Assembly (NCBI GenBank): GCA_002104945.1
Contig: MCFH01000096.1
Coordinates: 35,032-99,031 of the forward strand
From: Piromyces finnis finn
Lineage: Eukaryota; Fungi; Neocallimastigomycota
Direction: 5' to 3'
DNA: 64,000 bases
The notes under the pieces are model-generated. The model had not been told where the DNA came from. It saw nothing but the letters and a program-made list of their open reading frames with translations, and searched no databases. The first letter of the stretch is position 1. Every line of letters starts with the position of its first letter. The position numbers were made by a program, and so were the translations under genes. Shown here in pieces: positions 11,369-22,838 of this stretch.

Positions 11369-11746
11369 AATAATAACATATTGATATCACACTACATTTT
11401 TATAGTTACTTTTATATTTATTTTTGTATTATTATTTAATTAAAATAGTTAATAATTCAAAAGAGGGTTATACTAGTATAATAAAAAGTTATATACTTCA
11501 AGGCACAAATTAAAATAGTTAATAGAGAGAAATTAATATTGTTAATTGGTGCAGTTAAGGAAGTATTTTATATTGGTATTACTAGTTTAACTAAAGAGAA
11601 TAATTATTAGTGTTGTTAATTAAATATATTTCAAATATTGTTGTAATTCATTCTTTTAAATTCTTATAAAAGAAAATTATTTTTTTTTAAACTTGTTTCA
11701 TTCTTTAATATTATTGTAAAATTGTATTTTTATCTTTATTTAAAAC

Positions 11747-12667
11747 TTGTATATAAAAATGAGTACGGGAGCTGATAAATCTATTGACTTTGCTAAATTA
11801 ATGAAGAAATTAAAGCATGTCACTGGATTAACCGAAGATAATTTGGACATTAAGACTTGGTATAGTCAATTAAAGTATTGGACTATGCTTCAAGATGTTA
11901 AAAGTCCAAAAATGGTGTTTCTAGCTTGTTTGTTTACTACTACAGGAACACCAAATGAACTTATTCAAGAGTTGAATCCTAATAAGGACTTTGAAAGTGA
12001 TGAAGACAGTGAAGATAGTGATGAAGAAGATGAAGGTAGAGGAAAGAGAAGAGCTCACTACCCTTCCCTTAAAAAGATAGTCACTATGTTAGAAGAATTT
12101 TATGGAGTAAAGGAAGATCAAATAGAACTTCTCAAGGAGCTTAGGGATATGCGAATCAAAAAGAATGAAAAAGTAAAAGACTTCAACATAAGGTACCGTT
12201 CCTTGTATGTCAAACTAGACAAGAAGCGTAGAAGGAAAGTAGATGTTGAAGATTACTTAGATTCCATTGAGCCTAACTATAAAGCCTGGGAAAATGTGCG
12301 TAGGGAAAAAGAAGTTACTTTAGCAGAAGCCTACAAGCTTGCCGAAGATGGGGATAGACTAAATTTAAGAAATCGTCATAAAGCTAACAATTATGATGTA
12401 TCCACCTCTTCTAACTCTGATAAAAGATATAAAAATAAATATGAAAGAAAAGAAGATAGCTATGAAAGGAACAAGAAGCCAACAATAGTGAATTATGGTA
12501 ATGATAAGAAAGATCCTATGAATGAGTTGACGGAGAAAATGAGAAACTTAACTATCAAAACTTGCTACTTTTGCAACGAGAAGGGACACTTTCAATATCA
12601 TTGTCCTAAACTGAGTGCCATAGTAGAAGAAAACAAACAAAAGGCCAGAAAAGGTCATTTAAATTAG
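11747..12667 (+). CDS. gag: Gag with CCHC zinc knuckle, family C
   Basis: CYFCNEKGHFQYHC motif and capsid-like IKKNEKVKDFNIRY. The first Met is at 11759; the ORF track starts at a TTG. Confidence 0.88.
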   Translation: MYIKMSTGADKSIDFAKLMKKLKHVTGLTEDNLDIKTWYSQLKYWTMLQDVKSPKMVFLACLFTTTGTPNELIQELNPNKDFESDEDSEDSDEEDEGRGKRRAHYPSLKKIVTMLEEFYGVKEDQIELLKELRDMRIKKNEKVKDFNIRYRSLYVKLDKKRRRKVDVEDYLDSIEPNYKAWENVRREKEVTLAEAYKLAEDGDRLNLRNRHKANNYDVSTSSNSDKRYKNKYERKEDSYERNKKPTIVNYGNDKKDPMNELTEKMRNLTIKTCYFCNEKGHFQYHCPKLSAIVEENKQKARKGHLN

Positions 12668-13116
12668 ATAGTGGGAGAAGAAGCACTCCCAGTAATCCAA
12701 AAATAGCTTCACTTAATAACAGTTCAGTTGATAATAATGAGTACTCTGAATATTCTGAGTATTCTGACTTATCAGATAATGAAGAAATATCTTCTATTGA
12801 AGATAAAATTATTGCTGCAGCTAAAAGAAAAGCTAATGATGAAGAAGACTCTTCCAAGAAAAGAGTACAAAAATCATTAAAAGAAGACCCAAGACCAATA
12901 GTTACCCCTGCTACTAGGAAGCAACAAGAACGTGAACTCAGTAATGAGAGTTTAGAATCAGGTTCACCATCACAACCCAAGAACCAACTTGACACGTCTG
13001 TTCTGAGTCAACCTAATATTAACAAGGAAAAAGAGAAAAGTAAAAGACTCAGAGAAAAACAAAGAAGTAAACCACCAACCCCCATAAATAAAGACGAAAG
13101 AGAAGAAAACGAAGAT

Positions 13117-15123
13117 ATGGAGGTCAGTATTGATACGGAAGATAAAGTAGAAGTAGAAAAAGCTAAAAAGAAAAATACAGATATTCTACCGACGTTATTG
13201 AAAATGACTAAAGATAAAGAAAAAGATAAAACTAAAGAGGAGAAAGTCACACGTAATATCCAAATGAGAGGTGATACCAGTGATTATGATATTTTTGAAG
13301 ATTTAAACACAGCTAAATGTGATATTACTTATGGACAGTTATTTAATGTATGCCCAAAAATAAGAACACAACTTTCCCAAGGACTAAAGTTAGAGAAAGT
13401 ACTAGGCAAGGTATCAGGTGCATTAAATAACATAGTAGCTACTACAACCTTATTAAATAATATCAACCATGACTATATAAGTAAGAATAATGAAGCTTCA
13501 GAAGAAGATATAGCAATGGTGGATGCGACTGTGGATGGGATACCAGGAAAACTACTGGTGGATACGTGTAGTAACTTAAATGTTATTACATCTTCTTTTT
13601 ACAAAAGACTACCAAAGGAATATGAAGTGGTAGGAATAAGCAAAGGACGTATTCGACTAGCTACTACTGATGAAGAATACTCTGAGGGTACTGTGGTGCG
13701 TATACCAGTTAGAATAGGAGAGGTAGAACTAGTGGTTGACTTCAGAATACTTGAAAAAGAAGAACCGTTCTATGATATGTTAATAAATTATAAAACTCAA
13801 GTAGATAATTTATTATATATAAATCCAGTAACCAAGAGCTTATGTCAAGTGAAAGAAAGAGGTGTAGTAGAAGAAATAGTACCTATCAATAACCAATATT
13901 ATAATGAAGGAAAATTGGTATGTACTATTAAGAAGATACCAGATGGAGATACTAAAAGCTTGAAGTCTATTGAAGGTTTACCACCTCAGGAGTATATACA
14001 CAATGAGATATTCTTGAACACCTTACCAAAAGATAAACGGAAAGAAATACTCCGACTTTTGGAAGAAAACTTAGAGATTATTGCGACGTCTTCTGAGGAA
14101 TTAACGCCTTCTAAATTATCACCACATAAAATAAATCTAAAGGCTGGTGTAAAACCAGTTAAACAAAGAGCTTATAGGTTAACTAAATTTAAATCAGATA
14201 TACTAAAAGAAGAGTTAACTAAGCTAATAGAAAAAAAGTTAATAGAGCCGTCCTATTCAGAATGGTCCTCCCCTGTAGTTCTGGTTCCAAAACATAATGG
14301 TAAGTGGAGAATGTGTGTGGACTATAGGAGAGTGAACGACCTCACGGAAAAGGACTCTTATTCACTCCCCTATATTGATGAAATATTTGATAGTCTGAAC
14401 GGAGCCAAAATATTCACTACTATGGACTTATATTCAGGTTATCATCAAATTTCTATGCATGAGGAAAGCACTGAGGTTACTAGTTTTACTACCAAGTTTG
14501 GTAACTATCAGTTTAAGGTCATGCCGTTTGGGTTAACTAATGCACCAGCAACTTTTCAGAGGGAAATGAATAAGATATTATTTCCTTTAATAGGAAATTG
14601 TGTATATAATTTTATTGATGATGTACTCATATATTCCAAGAGTGTGGAAGAACACATGGAACATATTAAGAGAGTATTTGAAATATTGAAAGAAAATGAA
14701 TTAAAAATAAATCTTGAGAAATGTAGTTTTATGAAGGAAGAAGTAAATGTATTAGGTCACAGGTTATCTACTAAAGGTTTGAGTCCTTTGGAAAGTAAAA
14801 TAGAAGCCATAAGGAAGTGGGAAGCTCCAGGAAATATTCATGAGTTACGTTCGTTTTTGGGTGCAGTAGGATATTATCGAAATTTTATTCCTAATTATTC
14901 TCAAGTAACCGCGCCCTTATGTGAGTTATTAAAGAAAAATGTACGATATAAATGGGAAGAAAAACATGAAAAAGCATTTAAAGTATTAAAAGAAAAACTG
15001 ATAAACGCTCCCATTTTAAAGTTTCCTGAATTTGATAAGCCTTTTATCATACGTACGGACGCGTCGTATGAAGGAGTGGGTGGTGTTTTATTACAAGAAG
15101 ATGAAACTATTTTCAATATTTAA
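13117..15123 (+). pseudogene. pol: Truncated Pol (PR, RT, start of RNase H), family C
   Basis: LVDTCS, FIDDVL, RTDASY. The last codons come from the fused H element. The -1 frame is open from the slippery site at 12658-12664. Confidence 0.9.
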
Positions 15124-18100
15124 AGAAGGTGGGGCTTGAATCCAAACTAGATCATCAATTTTAAAATTTGGAGCTTCTAAACGACTTTTATCCACTCTTC
15201 TTTTATACAATTCTTTGGAGCGTAGTAACACTTCTTTTATGTGGTTGAATGCATCATTAACGTTTTGAACTAGTTTATGATTAATATTACATTGTGGTAA
15301 TAGGGTCATTTCATCCATCGGAGGATGAAAACCATAATTAATGAAGAATGGTGTTTCTTTGGTTGATTCATTAACAGCATTGTTATAAGCGAATTCTGCA
15401 AGTGGAAGCCAGTCAACCCAATCGTCATGATAAAAAGACTTGGAATAACATCTAAGATACTGTTCAATAAAAGAATTTGACCTCTCGACCTGTCCAACAG
15501 TTTCATGATGGTCAGTAGTAGCTATTCTTGGATGAATATATAATAAATCCAAAAATTCGAGCCAAACATCACTTGTGAATTGTGAGCCTCTATCAGTATA
15601 TAGGTCATAAGGGAGACCATGTAGACGATATACATTGTTTAAAAAAGCTTTAGCAGTTTGTGCTGCATTTGGAACTTGTTTAAACGGAACTAGGTGAATC
15701 ATTTTGGAAAAGCGGTCAACCACTACCATAATAACGGTGTATCCTTTAGACTCAGGAAGGCCACAAAGAAAATCAATTTCTATAGATTTCCATGGGCGTT
15801 CTGGAGTATCTAAGGGTTGCAATTTTCCATACTTACGATGTCTAGTTACTTTATTTCTTGCGCATGTTTCACAAGAATTAACAAATTTAGTGACATCATC
15901 TTTAATTTTAGGCCACCAAAAATTTCGAGTTATCAATTCTAAAGTTCTTTTTATACCAAGATGTCCAGCAGAGGGTTGTTCATGATATTTCATAAGAACA
16001 TCTAAACGTAGTTTTTCAGGAATATAAACTAAGTTATTATATAGAATAAGATTATTTTTTAATTCAAACTTGTTCATTTTCCTAAATGGTTTATAAGCCT
16101 TTTGGTCATTATATGGGCTGAAATATAACATAATATCCTTAGCGGTTTCATCATCCTTTAAGTATTGAATAACTTGTTCCAAGAAGTTACTCATAATACC
16201 TATGAAGCTTGGTATGAGTTTTACATTTTTTGAGTCTAAAATAAATTCTGGCTTTACTTCATAAGTCTTATCCATGTAATCAGGTCTGCGAGATAGACTA
16301 TCAGGTTTACCATTCTTACGACCTTGTCTGTATATAAATTCAAAATTGTATTCTTGAAAGAAAAGGTGCCAGCGATGTTGTCTTTGATTACCTACCTTTC
16401 CTCCAAGAGTATAAAGTAAGTTTCTATGATCAGTGTAAACTTTTATTTTGTACTTAGCACCAAGAAGAAGGTGCCTCCAAGTAGAGAAAGAATCCTTAAT
16501 GGCTAATAATTCTTTATCTGTTATAGAATAGTTAACTTCAGAACTACTGAGACTTCTGGAATAGTAAGCAACAGGATGTAAACGATTTTCTGAATCATAT
16601 TGAGATAGTATAGAACCAATAGCAACATTACTTGCATCACATTCTAAAATATATTGTTTTTGAGGATCAGGATGTGATAAAATAGGTGCGGAAGTTAAAC
16701 GAGTTTTTAAAATGTTAAATGAGGATTCACATTCTGTAGACCACTTGAACTTTGCATTCTTTTTTGTTAAGTTGTGGAGGGGTTTAGCCAAGTCTGCAAA
16801 ATTCATTACAAAGCGTCTATAATAGTTACAAAGACCTAAAAATCTTTGTACATCCTTAACTGTGGTAGGAGTAGGCCAATTTTTGATTGATTCTATCTTT
16901 TTTGGGTCGGTAGCAATTCCTGAACCTGAAATAACATACCCTAAGAATTCAACTTGTGGTTTGTCGAATTCACATTTAGGAAGCTTAGCGTATAGATTAT
17001 TTTCTAATAGTTTTGAAAGAACTTCACGTACATGTTGGTGGTGTTCTTCTAAGGTTTTTGAAAATATAAGAATATCATCCAAATAGAGAATAACAGATTT
17101 TTCTAAGAAAGGTCTGAGAACAGAATTTATAAATGCCTGGAAAGTAGCAGGAGCATTACGTAAACCAAATGGCATCACTAAATATTCATAGTAACCAAAT
17201 TTTGTGCGAAAAGCAGTTTTATATTCGTCACCATTTCTTATTCTAACTAAATTATAAGCAGAGCGTAAGTCGAGCTTGGTGAAATAATTTGCACCTTTGA
17301 CACGTTCTATAATGTCGGTAATAAGCGGTATTGGGTAGGAATTACGTATCGTTACAGAATTGAGTTTTTTATAATCAATACAAACTCTAAGAGTACCATC
17401 TTTCTTTTTCTGGAACACCACTGGATATCCTGCGGGTGATTCGGATGGTCTAATAAAGCCTTTTTCTAAATTTTCCTTGATATACTCTTCTAAAACTTTT
17501 GATTCTTCTTCTGATAAAGGATAGATGGGACCATAATGAAGAGTAGCATCTTTTTCTAGTACTATTTTGCAATCTGTAATTCTATGTGGCGGTAGTTTAT
17601 CAGCTTCTTGTTTGCTGAAAACTTTTGCCAAATCTCGATAGGGTTCTGGAATATCCTCAATAGTATGTTCTTCTAAATTGCTTACTTCTTCTGGTTTTTC
17701 GGACAAAAAAGTATGAATTAAATAATTATAATTATATCCATCATAATTATTTTTATTTAATATAACTTTTTTAGAAAATTTGGAACGTTTAAATTTGAAT
17801 TTGTGGAATCGACCATTTTTCTTCTTCTTAAAGGTTTTGGATCTGAAATAAAAATTATGAATTTTATTTTTTAAATTATAAAAAGTAGCGGAATATTTTT
17901 TATCATTATTTGCACCTGTAGAAGTGGTAGGTGTAGTATTCTTATCATTTCTATTATAAGAAATGAATTTTTCTAAATTTAAAAACTTAGTAGCATGCTT
18001 CATATTGAATTTCTTTTTGTTAAAATCATATTTTAAATTTGAATATAAATATTTTTTATTGTAATTATAATGAATTTCATATTTGGACATGAATATATTT

Positions 18101-18507
18101 CCAAATAATAAATCTGCCGGAATATAATCTGCAAGTAAAAATTTTTCTTTGAAATTGATGAAATGAAATTTATTGTTGATAAATAGTTTTAACTGGAAGT
18201 TTAGTTTGATATATTCATCAAGTTCAATTGAAGTACCACTGATACCTTGTACAGTGATAACATTATTCATTTTATGAGGATGTAATTGTAATGTACGTAA
18301 TAGTTTGTACGACATAAAATTACAATAAGATCCACTATCTAATAGTGATGTACATATAGTTTTATTATGTATTTTATTTGTACCTCCATTATTGGATAAT
18401 ATATATGTATTAAAAGTAAAGAATGTTGAAGGTAACGTATTATCTTTATTGATAGTGGGAAAAGTGTAGTTTAATATTTTTATATTCGAGTGGTGATGGG
18501 ACTTCAA
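15091..18507 (-). CDS. pol: Pol (PR-RT-RH-IN), family H, C-terminus truncated
   Basis: LLDSGSY, YLDDIL, ECDASN, HHCC and DDE motifs. It runs into family C sequence below 15110. Confidence 0.92.
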   Translation of the reverse strand: MKSHHHSNIKILNYTFPTINKDNTLPSTFFTFNTYILSNNGGTNKIHNKTICTSLLDSGSYCNFMSYKLLRTLQLHPHKMNNVITVQGISGTSIELDEYIKLNFQLKLFINNKFHFINFKEKFLLADYIPADLLFGNIFMSKYEIHYNYNKKYLYSNLKYDFNKKKFNMKHATKFLNLEKFISYNRNDKNTTPTTSTGANNDKKYSATFYNLKNKIHNFYFRSKTFKKKKNGRFHKFKFKRSKFSKKVILNKNNYDGYNYNYLIHTFLSEKPEEVSNLEEHTIEDIPEPYRDLAKVFSKQEADKLPPHRITDCKIVLEKDATLHYGPIYPLSEEESKVLEEYIKENLEKGFIRPSESPAGYPVVFQKKKDGTLRVCIDYKKLNSVTIRNSYPIPLITDIIERVKGANYFTKLDLRSAYNLVRIRNGDEYKTAFRTKFGYYEYLVMPFGLRNAPATFQAFINSVLRPFLEKSVILYLDDILIFSKTLEEHHQHVREVLSKLLENNLYAKLPKCEFDKPQVEFLGYVISGSGIATDPKKIESIKNWPTPTTVKDVQRFLGLCNYYRRFVMNFADLAKPLHNLTKKNAKFKWSTECESSFNILKTRLTSAPILSHPDPQKQYILECDASNVAIGSILSQYDSENRLHPVAYYSRSLSSSEVNYSITDKELLAIKDSFSTWRHLLLGAKYKIKVYTDHRNLLYTLGGKVGNQRQHRWHLFFQEYNFEFIYRQGRKNGKPDSLSRRPDYMDKTYEVKPEFILDSKNVKLIPSFIGIMSNFLEQVIQYLKDDETAKDIMLYFSPYNDQKAYKPFRKMNKFELKNNLILYNNLVYIPEKLRLDVLMKYHEQPSAGHLGIKRTLELITRNFWWPKIKDDVTKFVNSCETCARNKVTRHRKYGKLQPLDTPERPWKSIEIDFLCGLPESKGYTVIMVVVDRFSKMIHLVPFKQVPNAAQTAKAFLNNVYRLHGLPYDLYTDRGSQFTSDVWLEFLDLLYIHPRIATTDHHETVGQVERSNSFIEQYLRCYSKSFYHDDWVDWLPLAEFAYNNAVNESTKETPFFINYGFHPPMDEMTLLPQCNINHKLVQNVNDAFNHIKEVLLRSKELYKRRVDKSRLEAPNFKIDDLVWIQAPPSLNIENSFIFL

Positions 18508-18531
18508 TGGAAGTCCTTTATTTAGTTTTTT
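18499..18531 (-). promoter_or_regulatory. Putative -1 frameshift signal (A AAA AAC plus 7-bp hairpin)
   Basis: In-phase heptamer at 18531-18525. GGACTTC-CATT-GAAGTCC lies 8 nt downstream. The pol frame is -1. Confidence 0.78.
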
Positions 18532-19553
18532 GAACTAATTTTTTGAGCCTTATAATTGTTGTTATAGTAATTATTATTATGTTTTTGGAAGTTATTGCTA
18601 TTGTTATTGTTATTGTTATTGTTGTTGTATGGTCTGTGGTGGTTGAAATGTGAATTTCTTTTCTTGTTAGATTTGGAACTGGAAGACTGGGTAATCTTAT
18701 TCTTTGTAGAAAGAGAACTTTCAATCAAAATACATCTAGTTATAATGGACTCCATAGTGGTTGGAAATACCTCCATCTTTTCAATTTCTTCCTGATATTT
18801 TGGATGTAACCCATTGTAAAAGATTAAAGATAATGCTTCTTCATTCCATTTAAATTGTTGTGAAAGAGAGCGGAATTCTTCGATATAATCATTTATTTTA
18901 CCATATTGTTGTTTTAAACGAATTATTTTGATTTTAGCTATCTTGTAACTAGCAACATTGGAGAAAGCAATTCTTAATCCATCCAATAATTCTTGCATGG
19001 TAGCTGGATAAATATTATCCTTGTACTTGGCAAGATACCAATTTCTAGCAGCATCACGAAGACGGGATTGTTCAAAATTAATTTTTGTTTCTTCTGGTAA
19101 AGATCGATTTGGTAGAGTTTTAAAAGTATCTTCACATAATTGGCAAAATAGATCGGTCTCACTAGTCTTACCGGAAAACATACCTGGATCTGGGACTTGA
19201 GTAATTGGGGTAGCAAAACGACCTCTCATGATAACATCATGATCTAAGTCAAATCTTGTTGAAGTAGATTCATCATCTCTAAAGGCAGTAGGTCTTGGAG
19301 TAGCTATCCTATCATAGTTGGTATGTAACAATGGATGTTCATCTTCATTCTGAGTAACTTGACTATTATTCATACTGGTTAATACTCCCATGATTTCATT
19401 TAAACGATTGTTCACATCATTGGAAAAATTTTGAAAATCTTCACGGAAAACCAAATTTTCATTGATACCCTCAATGATATCTTTGGCAGTCTGAGTAGCA
19501 TCCTCTCTAAGTTGGTTTACCTCGTCTGGGAAGTTAGGAACTGGAGTGAACAT
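18522..19553 (-). CDS. gag: Gag, family H
   Basis: Homologous to the B Gag (DLDHDVIMR..TPITQVPDPGMFSG). Asn-rich tail. Confidence 0.87.
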   Translation of the reverse strand: MFTPVPNFPDEVNQLREDATQTAKDIIEGINENLVFREDFQNFSNDVNNRLNEIMGVLTSMNNSQVTQNEDEHPLLHTNYDRIATPRPTAFRDDESTSTRFDLDHDVIMRGRFATPITQVPDPGMFSGKTSETDLFCQLCEDTFKTLPNRSLPEETKINFEQSRLRDAARNWYLAKYKDNIYPATMQELLDGLRIAFSNVASYKIAKIKIIRLKQQYGKINDYIEEFRSLSQQFKWNEEALSLIFYNGLHPKYQEEIEKMEVFPTTMESIITRCILIESSLSTKNKITQSSSSKSNKKRNSHFNHHRPYNNNNNNNNNSNNFQKHNNNYYNNNYKAQKISSKN

Positions 19554-19577
19554 TCTAAAGTAGCCACTAAACAGCGG

Positions 19578-19588
19578 GTAAAGATTAT
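19578..19588 (-). promoter_or_regulatory. Self-priming PBS of element H
   Basis: Minus-strand ATAATCTTTAC is complementary to the LTR 11-mer at 19816-19826. Confidence 0.82.
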
Positions 19589-20582
19589 TGTTAAGTTTTT
19601 GGATTTGGTTATGCGGCCAGGTCAGAATGTTAGCAATTATATAGTAAATATGTTTTTAAGAAATTAAATTTAAATATAAAATAACCCTTTAAACTTCCAA
19701 ATGAAAAATTAATATTTATTCTTTAGAATAACTTTTTTTTATAAAATTTTATTTATTTATTAATAATAATATAAATGATAATATATTTAATAACTATATA
19801 ATTAAGATTATAACTATAATCTTTACAAAGAATTAAAATCAAATTCAATTCATTCTATTTTATATTCTTTGTTCAGATTATTAAATTGATAAAAATAAAG
19901 TATTACATGTAATATGTTAATAATATAATAAGATTGTTTGTTTGTTTGTTTGTTTTGTCATGACATAAAATAAAATAAACATATGATTAATCATTTAAAC
20001 ACTTGATCCATTAACCTATTTTATAATAATTAAAATTATTTAATTTATAAATGTTAACTGTTACACCTAAATGGTTTAGTTCTATTTTTAGTAACAGTCA
20101 CTATCATTAATTAAATTAATATAATTAGAATTTCTATTGATATCTTTTTAATTTTCGTCAAGTCATAAGAAATGTCTATGATCCATACTTGATATCATAT
20201 TAATTTTAATTTACTTATTAAAATCTTCAAATGATCATATCTTCCTTAAATGACCAGTTAGAAGGACCGCGATTGTACCAAAATATAGCTTTTTCCTTAA
20301 GCTTTCTAATAAACCCGGTTTCACAACCGTAGCACTTACAGCCGTAGCGATCGTTTTTGGCAAGTTACACCTTGTTTCGTGTTTGTTTATTTTTGGTTAA
20401 GGGTTATAGTGTATTGATATTAAATTTTTTGAAATCATAACCCTTTCACTGAATCAGAATTTAAAAGGTGACTTTTAAAGGTGTTTTAAAATAATTATTG
20501 GGATTATTTAATTCTAATTATTATGTTTAATTAATTATAGATATTATCTGAATTTGTTTTAAATCCAGTTAATATCTTCACA
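19589..20582 (-). repeat. Family H 5' LTR (about 994 bp)
   Basis: TG...CA termini, bounded by the PBS and by family A LTR sequence. Its first 13 bp recur at 55913-55925. Confidence 0.8.
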
Positions 20583-20633
20583 ATTTTTTCCATGTGTCCA
20601 AATTTTTTAAATTTTTATATATGTTATTGTGAC
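20583..20633 (-). repeat. Family A LTR, U3-end 51 bp, interrupted by element H
   Basis: Matches 7939-7988 and the reverse complement of the start of the 33547 LTR. The terminal A is missing. Confidence 0.88.
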
Positions 20634-21208
20634 GAAATGATAACGGATTGGTAGTTATATTACAACTTTTTAACTACTTCTTCTGTTATCTTATATTGTT
20701 TTATCTCGACAGCTATTGTACGAGCTTTAACAATATCTACTAGTTTTATTAATTTATTTTAAGTTATTTTATAATTTTAATAGTTTTATTATTTTAATAA
20801 TATTTATATAGAATAATAACACCAGATTTATTCTATAAAATATTATTTATTATTAACACAATAATTACAAATTAGACAAGTTTAATTTCGTTTTTATATT
20901 TTCTTTTATTTATTGTTCTTACGCTCTTTTTAACAATAATTTTATTATATAAAAACTTATTTTTGTCTTTTAAATATATTATGTATTCACTAATTAATTA
21001 TATTAACTATTATTAAAATTTAACTTATTATTAATAATCTAAGTCTTCTTATTTTCTACTAAAAAATATTATTATTCTTTATAATAAAAATTATTTTTAT
21101 AATTTAACCCAATCAAATATATAAATTTATAAAATATTTGATTTTATGTAAATTATATTTTTATAATAAACTATATAAAATTATTTAATAATTATTTTAT
21201 AATAAAAT

Positions 21209-22052
21209 TGTCACGAATACTAGTGAAAATACAATTTCAAGATCACTTGGAATTGTGAAATCACTTATGAAAATTCAAAATCAACAAATATTTTATTTTC
21301 AAGTAAATTATAAAATTTTATTAAGAAATATTTAAAAATTTAGGAAAGGTTAAAATATGACCTTAACCCTTAATAATTTTTATAATAAATAACTTTAACC
21401 CTTATCGTTAAAATGGAATAAGGAAAAACACGCGTATCTCCTCAACGAATGACGATTTTTGAATAAAAATGTTTTGGTTATAATTACGTTCGTTAGAAAG
21501 CCACGCTCGAGACAAACAACATATCTTAAAATCAGGTCAATATCTCTGCTGGTTCACGAGATATTCCAATTTAAAGATATTTTGTTAGCAATGATTAATT
21601 GTTTATTCAGAGAATGATCACCCCTGATATATCAAACATAAATCATTCACTCAAAGTATAAAAATTATTGTTTAATTAAATTAAAATTATTAACTATAAA
21701 TTATTAACTATAAATTATTAACTATGAATTATTAACTATAAATTATTAACTATAAATTATTAACTATGAATTATTAACTATAGATTATTAACTAGAAATT
21801 ATTAACTATTAATAATAATTAATACTTAATGAGTATTACTACTAAATAATCTTATTATTATATTTTAGCAATATATTATTAAATAAAATAAAAGAAATTA
21901 TTTTAACCATAATATATAATTTAATTATTCATTTATAAATCAATTAAGATTATTTTAATAAAATATTTTTTTTTTCTAACCTAGTTATCTTTTAACCTTT
22001 TATTTAATTTGATATTTTAATATTAAATTATAAGTTTAGTAAAACTTTTACA
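21209..22052 (+). repeat. Family F solo LTR
   Basis: TGTCACG...TTTTACA with TSD AAAAT on both sides. Reverse complement of 55926-56959 apart from an internal replacement. Confidence 0.92.
21685..21810. repeat. 14-bp tandem repeat (AATTATTAACTATA, about 9 copies)
   Basis: Directly visible in the sequence and absent from the other F LTR. Confidence 0.85.
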
Positions 22053-22838
22053 AAAATTTTCTACTAATATCAAATGTATAATATATTTATAATTATTATT
22101 TATCATCTGATAAATAATAATTATAAATATATTATACATTTGATATTAGTAGAAATTTTTATTATAAAATAATTATTAAATAATTTTATATAGTTTATTA
22201 TAAAAATATAATTTACATAAAATCAAATATTTTATAAATTTATATATTTGATTGGGTTAAATTATAAAAATAATTTTTATTATAAAGAATAATAATAATT
22301 TTTAGTAGAAAATGGGAAGACTTAACATATTAATAAGAAGTTGAATTTTTAATAATAGTTAATATAGTTAGTTAAATAATACATAATAATAATTAAAAGA
22401 CAAAAATAAGTTTTTATATAATAAAAATTATTGTTAAAAAAAAGTATAAAAACAATAAATAAAAGAAAATATAAAAACGAAATTAAACTTGTCTAGTTTG
22501 TAATTATTGTGTTAATAATAAATAATATTTTATAGAATAAATCTGGTGTTATTATTCTATATAAATATTATTAAATAATAAAACTATAAATATTATAAAA
22601 TATTATAAAATAAATTAAAATAAATAATAAAACAAGTAGATATTGTTAAAGCTCGTACAATAGCTGTCGAGATAAAACAATATAAGGTAACGAATAAGTA
22701 GTTTAAAAAGTTGTAATATAACTACCAATCCGTTATCAAGTGGTGGAGAACCTCAGTCGTCCCGTGGGAAAGCCGAAAATTTAAATAATTCCTATTAATT
22801 AGTATATTTAGTATAATTATCTTATTTATTTACTAAAT

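Larger units (their letters stand above)
10484..15109 (+). mobile_element. Family C Ty3/gypsy element, 3'-truncated within RNase H
   Basis: LTR 10484-11342, tRNA-Ala PBS, gag and pol. Nearly identical to the copies at 42649-55857 up to ...GATGAAACTA (15109). Confidence 0.95.
15110..20582 (-). mobile_element. Family H Ty3/gypsy element (relative of B), 3'-truncated within integrase
   Basis: 5' LTR 19589-20582 (TGTGAAG...CTTAACA), self-priming PBS, gag and pol. The GPY/F motif, chromodomain and 3' LTR are missing. Confidence 0.93.
20638..22105 (-). repeat. Family D solo LTR (diverged) split by a family F solo LTR
   Basis: 20638-21208 plus 22053-22105 is the reverse complement of the 630-bp D LTR. 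Confidence 0.9.

Noticed and set aside
12606-13250. Antisense ORFs of 129 and 80 aa, repeated at 44770-45414 and 50945-51589
   Set aside because: They are shadows of the purine-rich Gag-Pol spacer on the opposite strand and recur only because the element is repeated.
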